This document shows, one piece after another, positions 28,653-38,413 of a stretch of DNA of 64,000 nucleotides. Under the pieces are notes generated by a model. The model was given only the letters and a program-made list of their open reading frames with translations. It searched no databases and was not told the DNA's origin. This DNA comes from an uncultured Chloroflexia bacterium (lineage in GTDB: Bacteria; Chloroflexota; Limnocylindria; Limnocylindrales; CSP1-4): assembly GCA_963749705.1 (NCBI GenBank), contig CAVVNQ010000003.1, positions 416,001 to 480,000 on the forward strand, read 5' to 3'. Positions within the stretch are counted from its first letter, which is position 1; each line of letters opens with the position of its first letter. The position numbers and the translations under genes were made by a program.

Positions 28653-29150
28653 CTACAGGCGAGAGGCCTGGGTCGTCGGTGTATCGCGATCGACGATCGC
28701 TGCGGTCCCGAACCGCCCGCGGTCCAGGACCAGGACCAGGATGCTGATCACTCCGACGATCGAGCCCGAGATGATTGGCGGCGGCGGTGGCGTGCCGGGC
28801 ACGAGGCCGAAGACGAGGTACATGGCCGGCACGCTCAGTGAGTAGGCCGGCAGCAGCCACATCACCCACCACGCCCAGCGCTGGCCGTTCCGGTAGGCGC
28901 CGAACAGAATCCCGAGCAGAAGCAGCCCCAGCGTCACCAGGGCCCACGCCTGCGTGCGCCTCGTGAAGTCGTACAGCCGGAACGCGTCCGGGCTCTCCGC
29001 GATCAGCTCTGCATGGGTACGCCCAGTCAGACCCAGGGCAATGACGCGATCCCCCGCAGCACCCATGACGACGTCCATGGCCCCGAAGACGACGATCGCG
29101 ACCGCGAACAGGACGAGGACCTGCCATCCGTGCCGCTGGAGCCTCGTCAC
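28653..29150 (-). CDS. hypothetical membrane protein
   Basis: Four hydrophobic helices, GQRWAWW; part of a closely packed three-gene run. Confidence 0.7.
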   Translation of the reverse strand: MTRLQRHGWQVLVLFAVAIVVFGAMDVVMGAAGDRVIALGLTGRTHAELIAESPDAFRLYDFTRRTQAWALVTLGLLLLGILFGAYRNGQRWAWWVMWLLPAYSLSVPAMYLVFGLVPGTPPPPPIISGSIVGVISILVLVLDRGRFGTAAIVDRDTPTTQASRL

Positions 29151-29160
29151 ACGAACACCC

Positions 29161-29592
29161 TCATGCCGATTCGGGGGTGGCGTCGGCCGGCTCGAGCGCG
29201 ATCGGGCCCGGGCGCTTCCGGGCCGCCACCGGTGCGCTCCGGACAACGACGATCGACAGGAGGACGATCAGGAAGCCGTTGACAGGATGGAGCGCGGCAA
29301 CCGCCGGCGCCTGGGCGCGCACCCCGACGAACACGGACTGGAGCAGGAACAACCCGAACATCAGCGCGGCCAGGCCCACGAGCCGCCGCCCGACGCCTGC
29401 CGCTAGACCGGCGACGACCATGACCAGCGGAAGCAGCTCGAGTGTGTAGCCGAGGTTGCGGTGGGTCGCGAAGGTGGCCGGCGAATCGAACACGCCCAAG
29501 CCGGCCAGGAAGACCTGGACGATGAGCCCGGCCACGAGCAGCCAGGACGCGCCAAGGAAGATCGCGCGGGTAGCGGTCCGCAGCGACCTCAC
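29161..29592 (-). CDS. DUF6220-like membrane protein
   Basis: VQVFLAGLGVF...H...G, LQSVF, AALHPVNG; GTG start overlaps the upstream stop. Confidence 0.75.
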   Translation of the reverse strand: MRSLRTATRAIFLGASWLLVAGLIVQVFLAGLGVFDSPATFATHRNLGYTLELLPLVMVVAGLAAGVGRRLVGLAALMFGLFLLQSVFVGVRAQAPAVAALHPVNGFLIVLLSIVVVRSAPVAARKRPGPIALEPADATPESA

Positions 29593-30245
29593 CGCTCGCC
29601 TCGCAGCATTGCGCCCGTGGACCGGGCATCTCGACGACGATCGACCGCGCTCGTGAGCACCACGTAGCCCACGAGCATCCATGGGATGCCCCAGAGTCCG
29701 AGCAGGATGAAGTGGACGAACAGGTTGACCGAGTAGGTCGAGGCAGGGATGAGCGTGAATCCCGCGGCCAGGAGTGGCGTCCACGCCCGCCATCCCTGCA
29801 ATCGCCGCCCCAGGAGCGTCGTGACGCCAACAGCGCCCATACCGACAACGAGCAGGAGAATGCTGACCAGGATCGGCGCGACGTAGTCCCCCGTCGGCCG
29901 CGCGACGAGCAAGGCCGATACCGCGATGCGGACCACGTTCCCCAGGACCGCGAGGGCCCCGCCGAGCCGTGCGCCCGTGCGCGGGTGAGCGACATCGAGC
30001 GCCAGCAGGCCCAGCACCCCGGCGATCATGCCGACGTTGGCGATCGCCCAGAGGATCTCGTCCCAGCCGTAGCTCGACTCGGCATACGGGAACGGGATCG
30101 CGAGCAGGCCGTAGATCACTTGGACGGCGCCGCCTGCGAGACAGACCACGCCTCCCAGGTACGCGCGATCGACGCGCTCCAAATCCTGTGTACTGCCCGC
30201 GATCGCCACTGCATCCTCCCTTGGCTCGTGTCCCGACATTGGCAT
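29589..30245 (-). CDS. hypothetical membrane protein
   Basis: About six TM helices; divergent from the LuxR gene; start uncertain. Confidence 0.7.
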   Translation of the reverse strand: MPMSGHEPREDAVAIAGSTQDLERVDRAYLGGVVCLAGGAVQVIYGLLAIPFPYAESSYGWDEILWAIANVGMIAGVLGLLALDVAHPRTGARLGGALAVLGNVVRIAVSALLVARPTGDYVAPILVSILLLVVGMGAVGVTTLLGRRLQGWRAWTPLLAAGFTLIPASTYSVNLFVHFILLGLWGIPWMLVGYVVLTSAVDRRRDARSTGAMLRGER

Positions 30246-30308
30246 CAGCGCGCCGCTCCGCCAACGGGTGAAGTACTCACCCGGCTACTCAGCGATTACT
30301 CTCCGGGA

Positions 30309-32330
30309 ATGACCGATCGCGCGGGCGTGGAGAGTGCTCTGATCGGGGCCCTGTCGGTTCTGGCGGATCCATTCGACATTCAGCTCGCCGCCGAGATCGG
30401 CGACATGGCGCCAGCAGATGTCCTGCACATGTTGGAGACCGCCCAACGCCAGGGCGATCTCGTCATCGAGGGCGGTCTGGTCCGCTTCGCCCCGGGACGG
30501 CGCGAGCAGGCATACCGCGCGCTCGGTGCGCGGGGTCAGGCGATGGCCCATGCGCATGCCGCCGAGGTGCTGACCCGAGTTCGACCACGCGATCTGGCAG
30601 GGATCGCCGAGCAATGGGCCGCGGCGGCTACGGTTCTGGGACCCGAGCCGGCGCTCCGCGCGTTTGATGCGGCGGCCCTCGCCGCCGAGCGGACCCGCGA
30701 TTGGGAGGCCGCGGCCCGCCTGTGGGGGCGGGCGGCCGAGGTGGCTGCCGGCGACGACCGCGCTGATGCTGCGACTCTGGCGCTCCGACGATCGCGGTGC
30801 CTGTTTCGCGCCGGCCTGTTCCGAGACGCGATCACCGCCTGCCGCGACGTCGCGGCCGCCGCGCGGGCAGCTGGCAACTGGCGGCTGCTCGCAGAAGCCG
30901 CCCTCGTCGTGCGTGGCATCGGGGATCGCGACACCCGCTCCGCCCTGCTCGATCTGTGCCGAGACGCCATGCGTGGCGTTCACGACGACAGGGCGCTCGA
31001 GTCGCGCCTTCAAAGCCGGCTGATCATGCTGTCGTCCGACTTCTCGCAGGGGCCGTACGGGGTGGCCGAGGCGGAGGGCAACGTGGCCATCGCCGAGGCC
31101 ACCGGCGACCCGCGGGCATTGGTCGAGGCGCTTCACGCGCTGCAGATGGCCTGTTCTGGTCCGAGGAACACAGCGCGACGGCTCGAGATCGCTGACCGGA
31201 TGGAGCGTGTCGCCCGCGAGGCGGACCTAGTCGACGACCTCGTGTGGCCGCTCCGCTGGCGCGTCGATGCGTTCTTCCAACTCGGCCAGCGACCGGCGCT
31301 CGACAATGCCATCGCACGCCTGCAGGAGTACGCCGACCAACGCCATGACGCCCTGGCGGCGTGGGCCGCCACGACCGCGAGAGCCGTGCTCGCCCAACAC
31401 GAGGGCCAATTCGACGAGGCGATCCGTCTGGCCGGTGAGGCCCACGCTCTCGCGATCGAGGGCGGTCACCAGGGCGGCGACTTCGTGTACTGGATCCTTT
31501 TGAGCCAGTGTCGCTCGAAGCTGCGCGGAGGTCCGGTTGAGGACCACCTCCTCACCATCCAGCCCGTCCCCGACGCGTTCCACGCCTTCGTCGCGATGCA
31601 GTGGGCGGAGCTCGGCGACCTCGAGACGGCGGCCGCGCACTTCGAGCTCGGTTTTCGTGCCTTGAGCGAGGCGGAGGGCACGGAGTTACAGGTGCAGACC
31701 CACGTCGCGCTCGCCAGCGTCGCCTGGAAGCTTGGGCGGACCGAGCCGGCACCAGGGATCTACGCCGCGCTCGAGCCGTTTGCGGAGGAGCTCGCCACCC
31801 CGGCCTCGGGGCAGGCAGCGTCGCTCGGCAGCGTGAGTCGCTACCTGGGTCAGATGGCGGCCCTCATGCATGACTGGGACCGCGTCGAGACCGACTTCGC
31901 CCGCGCCATCCGTCGCGATATCGAGACCGGCGCTCGGGCAGAGGTGGCCGAGACGCGCTTCGACTGGGCGACAGCGCTGCTCCAGCGGGGTCTGGCACGC
32001 GATGGGGAGCAGGCACGATCGATGCTTGAACAGTCGCTACGAGCGGCGGCGGAGCTCGGGATGGCGCCGCTCGCCCGACGGGCGGCGGATGCGCTCGCCC
32101 AACTCAAGATGCGTCGAAGTCCCCTCACCGCTCGCGAGCTGGAGGTCGCCGCGCTCGTGGCCGCCGGGCTAACGAACAAGGAGGTGGCGGCCCGATTGCG
32201 CCTCTCCGTGCGGACTGCCGAGAATCACCTGCTCAACGTGATGAACAAGCTGGGTCTGAACAACCGTGCCCAGGTGGCGGCCTGGTTCGCCCGAAGTCAA
32301 TCGGGGCGGGAGCATCACTCCCAGTCCTGA
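30309..32330 (+). CDS. large LuxR-family regulator (helical/TPR-like region plus C-terminal HTH, no P-loop)
   Basis: LTARELEVAALVAAGLTNKEVAARLRLSVRTAENH...KLG...RAQVAAW; TACTCT 6 nt upstream of ATG. Confidence 0.88.
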   Translation: MTDRAGVESALIGALSVLADPFDIQLAAEIGDMAPADVLHMLETAQRQGDLVIEGGLVRFAPGRREQAYRALGARGQAMAHAHAAEVLTRVRPRDLAGIAEQWAAAATVLGPEPALRAFDAAALAAERTRDWEAAARLWGRAAEVAAGDDRADAATLALRRSRCLFRAGLFRDAITACRDVAAAARAAGNWRLLAEAALVVRGIGDRDTRSALLDLCRDAMRGVHDDRALESRLQSRLIMLSSDFSQGPYGVAEAEGNVAIAEATGDPRALVEALHALQMACSGPRNTARRLEIADRMERVAREADLVDDLVWPLRWRVDAFFQLGQRPALDNAIARLQEYADQRHDALAAWAATTARAVLAQHEGQFDEAIRLAGEAHALAIEGGHQGGDFVYWILLSQCRSKLRGGPVEDHLLTIQPVPDAFHAFVAMQWAELGDLETAAAHFELGFRALSEAEGTELQVQTHVALASVAWKLGRTEPAPGIYAALEPFAEELATPASGQAASLGSVSRYLGQMAALMHDWDRVETDFARAIRRDIETGARAEVAETRFDWATALLQRGLARDGEQARSMLEQSLRAAAELGMAPLARRAADALAQLKMRRSPLTARELEVAALVAAGLTNKEVAARLRLSVRTAENHLLNVMNKLGLNNRAQVAAWFARSQSGREHHSQS

Positions 32331-32366
32331 GCAATGTTCAGCTGGCGTCCGGGCACCCTCAGCGGG

Positions 32367-32615
32367 TCAGTTCGGCTCCAAGCTCGGCACGAGGAGCCAA
32401 CCGCCTGCCCGGCCCGCATAGATCAGCTGCTCCGTGGTCAGCCCTGACCGGGCGCGCAAGTCGGCCAGGTGCCGCTTCACGGTGCTCGGCCGGATGCCCA
32501 AGAGCTCGGCGGCGTCGCGAACAGATCCCCCAGCAACGACGAACGCCCCAAGCGCCTCGATTTGACGCCGCGTCGCGTTGGGCGAGAGCGCGCCGCGCAG
32601 GTACCCGTCCCTCAT
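32367..32615 (-). CDS. small stand-alone HTH protein (LuxR/sigma4-like)
   Basis: TRRQIEAL...GGSVRDAAELLGIRPSTVKRHLADLRAR.G..TEQLIY. Confidence 0.7.
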   Translation of the reverse strand: MRDGYLRGALSPNATRRQIEALGAFVVAGGSVRDAAELLGIRPSTVKRHLADLRARSGLTTEQLIYAGRAGGWLLVPSLEPN

Positions 32616-32904
32616 TCCAACCGCCTGGCCGTCGTGAGCCGCCGAGCGGCCCACAGGCGACGGGCATCGGCCCACCGAGACACGGGAACGGCCCACGGTG
32701 GGGGCTCGTGCACGTTCCGCCGGGCCAATTGGGCCGATTGGGCCGGATCTGGCGAAAATGGACGTCCGGCCAGCCGCGATCTGGTCGTGTAGCGAGTGCG
32801 CCTATCCCCCCAGGGTGATCCTGCCCATCTGGTGGGCGCTTCATGCGACCGCATGAAGCGCCTCGGCGATGTAGTCGGGGACTACGATCCGAGTGGTGGG
32901 ACCG

Positions 32905-32933
32905 GGAGGTTCAACTCCTCTCGCCCCGACCAA
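32905..32933 (+). repeat. tRNA-Pro 3'-end copy 5 (outermost attR-like)
   Basis: GGAGGTTCAAcTCCTCTCGCCCCGACCAA, 28/29 identical to 20432-20460. Confidence 0.92.
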
Positions 32934-32947
32934 CTCCGAGACACTTC

Positions 32948-32977
32948 AAGCCGGACCATGGCAGTCCGGTTTCTTTT
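32948..32977 (+). terminator. intrinsic terminator, possibly the displaced native tRNA terminator
   Basis: Stem AAGCCGGAC / GTCCGGTTT (one G-U), 7-nt loop, followed by CTTTT, 14 nt after copy 5. Confidence 0.7.
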
Positions 32978-33007
32978 CGCCTCGCGCCGAACGCTGTCGA
33001 GGCCCGG

Positions 33008-33466
33008 TCAGCGCGGCAGCAGTCCGCGGACCAGCAGGTCGGCGATCTCGTCGAGCACTGCTGCGCGGTCCACGACGAGCGCCGGGTCGAGGCGCTCCAG
33101 CATCGGCCACGCCTGGGCGATGGCGGGGATCGCAGCGATCGAGAGCACCGACCAGACCGTGTCGGAGACCTTCCGTGTGACGCCGCGCTCGGCCAGCCCC
33201 GAGAGTGCGCGGAGGGCCGCTTGGCGCTCCGGCGCGATCGCGGCGAGGAGCAGCTCGCGGCGATGCCCGGCACCTGGCGAGGTATCCGACATGACGCCCA
33301 CGACGAGCCCGCCATGTGCGACGAGGGCGTCCATCCGCGAGCGCACGAGCGAGGTCACCTGCTCGACGGCGTCGCCAGAGGTATCGGCCATGGATGCCGC
33401 GAGGTTGCGAGCCTGCACCAGGCTCGGGACGATCACCTCGTCGATGACGGCGGCGAACAGTGGCTC
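33008..33466 (-). pseudogene. TetR-like regulator lacking the N-terminal HTH
   Basis: EPLFAAVIDEV... to ...EIADLLVRGL*; begins at the stop of the hydrolase gene. Confidence 0.55.
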
Positions 33467-34409
33467 ACCGCCCGAGGAACTCCGCGACCGAGGCTGCACA
33501 GCGATCGAGCTCGTCCAGCCACGGTGCATGCCCGGCGCCTGGCAGCACCTCGAGTTCGGCGCCTGGGATCCGCGCGACGACGGCACGGGCGATCTCCGGC
33601 CCACCGAGCGGGTCGCGCCCACCCCAGATGAATCGTGTCGGTGTGCGAACCAATTCGAGAAGCGCGGCTGGCAGCAGCCGCGGGTCGAAGCCCCGCAGGG
33701 GTGACACCGAGGAACGTGCGAGGACCAGCTCGTTCCGCAGGGTGTCGGTATGACGCAGCAGGGCCAGGTAGGCATCGATGTCGGACTGCGCGATGCGTCC
33801 AGCGTCGAGACTCGGCCCGTGACCGACGGTCCGGAAGATCGAGCGCACGGTGCCCTCCGTGGCCGGCATCGCCGAGGCGAGCCGCGCCACGCCGGGGATC
33901 GCCATGAGCCGCATCGACTTCGGGACAGCTTTCGTTGGCGCTCCCACCGGCCAGCTGAACTGGACCATCCGAAGCAGCCGGTCGGGATGGGCTGCGGCAC
34001 TGCGCAGGCCCATGAAGCCGCCGAGTGAGGTCGCGACGACGTGGGCGCGCTCGATCTCGGCCGCATCGAGGATCTCGGCGACTATTTCGTCCCCGAGTGC
34101 CATGAGCTCCAGAGTCGTCGGCCTCGTCGGGAACGCCTCGCTCAGCCCGGTGCCCGGCCGGTCGAGGAGCAGGCACCGGAAGCCCGGCAGTCTGGCGGCA
34201 AGCGCTGCCCAGCTGGCGCCGCTCGTGTTGGCGCCGTGGATGAACAGGACGGGCGGGCCGGCGCCGACTTCCTGCACACGGACCCGTAAGCCAATCCGAG
34301 GCAGGTCGAGAAGCCGCTCCTGCACCGACACGCCAAGGGACGCCCACAGAGCCAGCTCAGCCGCCCGATAGCGCGCCTCGTCCACCAGGTCGATCCCAAA
34401 TGGCGGCAT
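33465..34409 (-). CDS. alpha/beta hydrolase
   Basis: PVLFIHGA, DRPGTGLS, nucleophile ATSLGG, IWGGRDP, GAGHAPW. Confidence 0.9.
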   Translation of the reverse strand: MPPFGIDLVDEARYRAAELALWASLGVSVQERLLDLPRIGLRVRVQEVGAGPPVLFIHGANTSGASWAALAARLPGFRCLLLDRPGTGLSEAFPTRPTTLELMALGDEIVAEILDAAEIERAHVVATSLGGFMGLRSAAAHPDRLLRMVQFSWPVGAPTKAVPKSMRLMAIPGVARLASAMPATEGTVRSIFRTVGHGPSLDAGRIAQSDIDAYLALLRHTDTLRNELVLARSSVSPLRGFDPRLLPAALLELVRTPTRFIWGGRDPLGGPEIARAVVARIPGAELEVLPGAGHAPWLDELDRCAASVAEFLGR

Positions 34410-35099
34410 CCGACGTCTCGACCATACGCGGAGTCGTCAATAGCGGCACGCCAGGATGGCAACTGCTCCTCTGCCTGGGCATCACGTTCCGGCTCTGGCC
34501 ACCGCGGGGCGAGGATCCACACGACCTGCCCGGTCGTCGCCGCCCCGACCTTGGACCGCGCGTTCGCCAGATGATGCTTCCGGCTCATCGCCGTGCGGTG
34601 TGGCGTGGTCGCCTGGCGATGCCCCTCGCCCCGACATCGACGGCAGGGGCTGGCAGGCGGACGGAGGCAATCCGTGACCAGTGCCTCTGGCGGGGGGTGG
34701 TATAACGCAAGAGACTCCGCACCCTACGGGAGGCTCTGGCGCGGCCCGAACCCTGGCCGGTGGAGCCCCGCCGAGCCACGGGGAGGGACAAATGACGGGC
34801 TCCATGTCATCCGGGTCAGTCAAAGTCCAGCCATGACGGCAGGCACGCCCCCCACGTCGCGGGTCGCGGCGTTAGCCAGTAGATGGCGGTCGATCTGCCG
34901 GCGCGCCTGGGCCGCCGCGATCCGCGTCCTCTGGGACGACACGGGCGGCATCGACGACACCAGGCTTCCCTCGGGTTTCGCCGCGCCGCATCAGCGGGGA
35001 AGTCGCATGGTTCGCAACCTCTGGCACCTGCCTTTCTGACCCAGCGGAGCGCTGCCGAGATCGACCGCATCGTGGAGCATTGCTCCGATGATGCTCACC

Positions 35100-35272
35100 C
35101 GCGCTTGGGAGATGTCCCGGCCGGGCCGACGGACGGCCACCTTGCGCTGAGCATCCCCTCCGGGCTGGGCGCGGCCAGCGCTGCGCGGAAGCCGAAGAAT
35201 CCCCCGAACGACGTGGTCACGAGGTCAGCCGAGTCGAGGCCGGCGATGGCGAGCGGGCTGAGCAGCCTCATG
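35100..35272 (-). pseudogene. alpha/beta hydrolase remnant
   Basis: LDSADLVTTSFGGFFGFRAALAAP aligns with IERAHVVATSLGGFMGLRSAAAHP of the neighbouring hydrolase. Confidence 0.4.
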
Positions 35273-35410
35273 GCACGGCTCGTGAACTCGCCCTCGGTGC
35301 AGCTCGAAGGGCCCTGAGACGGCACCAAGAGCGGCCGCGCCGTGCGGCGGCGGCCACGACCGCGCGACGGCCGCCGAGTTCGATCGCGGGCGGAGCCGAG
35401 TGACCGGGTG

Positions 35411-38314
35411 CTACCGGTACCCCGCGCGCCTCGCAGTTCCCCGGTCGGCGCCCTGGCCCGGGGCGACCGAGGTCGCCCATGCCGCGATCTCCGCCCGACG
35501 CGAGACGCCGAGCTTGGCCAGGATGTGCTCGACGTGCGCGCCAGCCGTCCTCGGTGAGATCGACAGGTCGCCGGCGAGCTCCGCGTTCGTGAGACCATCG
35601 GCGATCTTGCGTGCGACCTCGAACTCGCGGGTGGTCAGTGGGTGCCATGGCTCCTGCTCGGCGCCGCGACCCTTGGCCGTGCGAGCGAACTGATCCGCGC
35701 GCGCGAGCAGCGGCGCCGCGCCGATCGGCTCGGCGGCAGCGCGGACCTCATTCGCGAGGTTCATCGCGTCCACGAAGCGCGACGATCGAAGGTGCGCTGC
35801 GGCCAGGTCGAGACGGGCCCACAGCGCCTCCCAGGTCCGACCTCGCACCTCCCAGCCCGCGATGGCTGCCTCGAGCGCGGCGCGTGCCGCCACCGTCGAC
35901 CCTTCCGAGAGGCGGACCAGCCCCGTTGCATGCTGGATCGCGGGTCGGACGACATCGGCGATGGGCTCGGTGAGGCGCACGAGCTGGTCGAGGTAGCGCA
36001 CCGCGGCGTCCGGCGCGCCGGCCGCCTGGTGGGCCCGCACGGCGGTCACCGCGAAGGGGGCGATCAGTGTCCGCTCGCCCCGCTCCTGCGCAGCCCGGAG
36101 CGCCTCGTCGCATCGCGCTGCCGCACCCGCCGGATCGCCGGCATGCAGCGCAGCCTCGGCAAGGCCCCACAGCGCCGGGAGCACCAGGTCGAGGCGCTCC
36201 GAGCGACGGCCGTACTCGAGGGCGGGCAACAGGTGCTCCTCGGCCTCGCGACGCCGACCTCGTCCGGCCTCGACGTACCCGAGCGCCCACCGCGCCATGT
36301 TCCTGGACGCGCCCGCGCCGGCATCGCTCAGCGCGTGGCCGCCCTGTCGAAGCGCTTCATCCCAGCTGCCTTCCGACCACAGCACGAGGGCGTCGCAGGA
36401 GCCGAGGCTGTGCCCGCAATACGTCTGTTCGACCGACTCCGCGTACCTGAGGCCCTCCGCGATCGCGACGCGCGCCTCCCGGTAGTCCATGGCGCGCATC
36501 GCGAACAGGGCGACTTCCTTGTACAGGCTGATGCTGCTGTCTTCATCACCGGCCGAGCGTGCCGCGTCCGCGGCCGCGCGAATGGTCGCGAGGCCCTCGG
36601 CCACGTTCCCGTCGATCACGTCGAGCCTCGCGCGCACGGTGGTGATCCACCTGGGCGGCTCTCGGGTCGGGCCCGTCGCCAGCTCGGCCGCTTCGGCCAG
36701 CACCGCCCGGGCATCCGTGATGCGACTGGCGTCCAATTCGACATAGGCGAGCTGATACAGCCCGTTGGGTCGGAATGTGTCCTGCACCTCGCCCGGCGGG
36801 GAAGCCTCGATCTCGTTGAGGAAGCTGCGCGCGCGGTCTCGGCGGGCTGTGACGCTCACGCCTTCGCGGCGGGCGTATTCGAGGAGGCTGAACGATGCTT
36901 CGAGGGCTACATGCGAGTTCCCGGCGCGCCGTGCAAGCTCGCCCGCGCGCATCGACAGGTCCGCAGCATTCGCATTCGAATCGATGTTGCCGTTCGCATC
37001 GCCCAGGAGCAGGAGGATCCGGGCACGCTCGGAGTCGGCCAGCGACGCGGGCATGTTGTCGACCGCGCGCCGGAGGAGGATGAATGCCTCCCTGTGCGAC
37101 GCGAGCCGCATCGCGTGCTCCCCGGCCGCGAGGGCCGTCTGGAACGCCTCTGCGGTCATCCCGGCCCGCTCGAAATGCATCGACGCATGGGTTGTCGTCG
37201 ACCCTTCGAGCTGGCCCCCGAACTCCGCCGCCCGGGCGTGGAACCGACGGCGATCACCCGCCGGCACGGTGCGATACAGCGCGTCGCGAAGCAGCTGGTG
37301 CCGGAAGTTGAGTTGGCTGCCGCTGTGGAGCTTGTCGAGGACGTCGTGGTCGAGAAGCTCCTGGATCGGGGCATCGAGCTCTTCGACGGGCCGGTTCATG
37401 ACGCCCGCCAGCACCGACGGGACGAACGACCGGCCGATGACGGCGCCCGCGCGGGCGACAGCCTGAGCATTGGGGGAGAGCTGCGCGATGTGAGCGAGCG
37501 TCGCGTCCTCGAGCGTCTCGGGAACCGCCGCTTCGTGGACGGCGACGCTGTCGGCGAGCCGATCGCGGCCAAGGGCGCTGCACAGCTCCTCGATGTGGAG
37601 CGGCACGCCGTCGGTGCGCGCGTAGACGACATCGACCACGTCTCGCGGCGCCGGCAGCCCGTTGCCGAGGATGTGCGTGACGACCTCGGCGGTCTCCTCT
37701 CGGGTGAGCCGGTCGAGGCGCACCTCCTCGGCAAGTCGCTGGGTAACCAGCCGGGAGCGCCACTCGCGAAGCACCGATCCCTGCAGGGCCTCGCTCGTCC
37801 GATAGGCGGCGATGATCAGCAGGGGCAGCTCTCGGGTCTGGCGGGCCAGCTCGGCGAGCGCTTCCAGGCTCAGGTCATCCGCCCACTGAAGGTCCTCGAA
37901 GACGAGTGCCGTCGGCCGTTCAGGGCTTCCGACGAGGTCGATGAGCTCCATCACGAAGTCGCGACGGCGCGGGGTTCGCTCGTTCAACCGCGAAGCGGCA
38001 ACCTCGAGCAGGTCCCGCCCGATCGTTCCGAACGCAGCGTCGCGACGCATCGCCCTGCCCAGGTCCAGGAACGAGGCGGCGAGGACATCACGGTCCTGGG
38101 GTGCAACCTCGGCCTTCGCGACGCGGAAGCCATCCTCGACCGTCATCCGGACGATCTCGGCGAGGAGCCGCGACTTGCCGATCCCGGCCTCGCCGGACAG
38201 GAGCAGCAGCTGGCCGTGGCCGCCGCGGACCTCAGCGATGCGTCGCCGCGCGAGCGCCAGGTGCTCATCGCGCGCCACGATGACCGGCGACAGGAGCGCT
38301 CCGACGTGCGGCAT
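35411..38314 (-). CDS. AAA ATPase-LuxR (LAL/MalT-like) transcriptional regulator
   Basis: Walker A GEAGIGKS, LVFEDLQWAD, RTDGVPLHIEEL, FRHQLLRDALY, C-terminal LTTREFEVA...SPRTAGAHVEHILAKLG. Confidence 0.92.
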   Translation of the reverse strand: MPHVGALLSPVIVARDEHLALARRRIAEVRGGHGQLLLLSGEAGIGKSRLLAEIVRMTVEDGFRVAKAEVAPQDRDVLAASFLDLGRAMRRDAAFGTIGRDLLEVAASRLNERTPRRRDFVMELIDLVGSPERPTALVFEDLQWADDLSLEALAELARQTRELPLLIIAAYRTSEALQGSVLREWRSRLVTQRLAEEVRLDRLTREETAEVVTHILGNGLPAPRDVVDVVYARTDGVPLHIEELCSALGRDRLADSVAVHEAAVPETLEDATLAHIAQLSPNAQAVARAGAVIGRSFVPSVLAGVMNRPVEELDAPIQELLDHDVLDKLHSGSQLNFRHQLLRDALYRTVPAGDRRRFHARAAEFGGQLEGSTTTHASMHFERAGMTAEAFQTALAAGEHAMRLASHREAFILLRRAVDNMPASLADSERARILLLLGDANGNIDSNANAADLSMRAGELARRAGNSHVALEASFSLLEYARREGVSVTARRDRARSFLNEIEASPPGEVQDTFRPNGLYQLAYVELDASRITDARAVLAEAAELATGPTREPPRWITTVRARLDVIDGNVAEGLATIRAAADAARSAGDEDSSISLYKEVALFAMRAMDYREARVAIAEGLRYAESVEQTYCGHSLGSCDALVLWSEGSWDEALRQGGHALSDAGAGASRNMARWALGYVEAGRGRRREAEEHLLPALEYGRRSERLDLVLPALWGLAEAALHAGDPAGAAARCDEALRAAQERGERTLIAPFAVTAVRAHQAAGAPDAAVRYLDQLVRLTEPIADVVRPAIQHATGLVRLSEGSTVAARAALEAAIAGWEVRGRTWEALWARLDLAAAHLRSSRFVDAMNLANEVRAAAEPIGAAPLLARADQFARTAKGRGAEQEPWHPLTTREFEVARKIADGLTNAELAGDLSISPRTAGAHVEHILAKLGVSRRAEIAAWATSVAPGQGADRGTARRAGYR

Positions 38315-38413
38315 CGGTGGAGTGTAGGTATGGCCGATGCATTCCGCCATCCGTCGAATGACCGACGACCTCCCGGCGGTGACGTTCGTTCGGCGTCCGT
38401 ACCCAGGCTGGTG

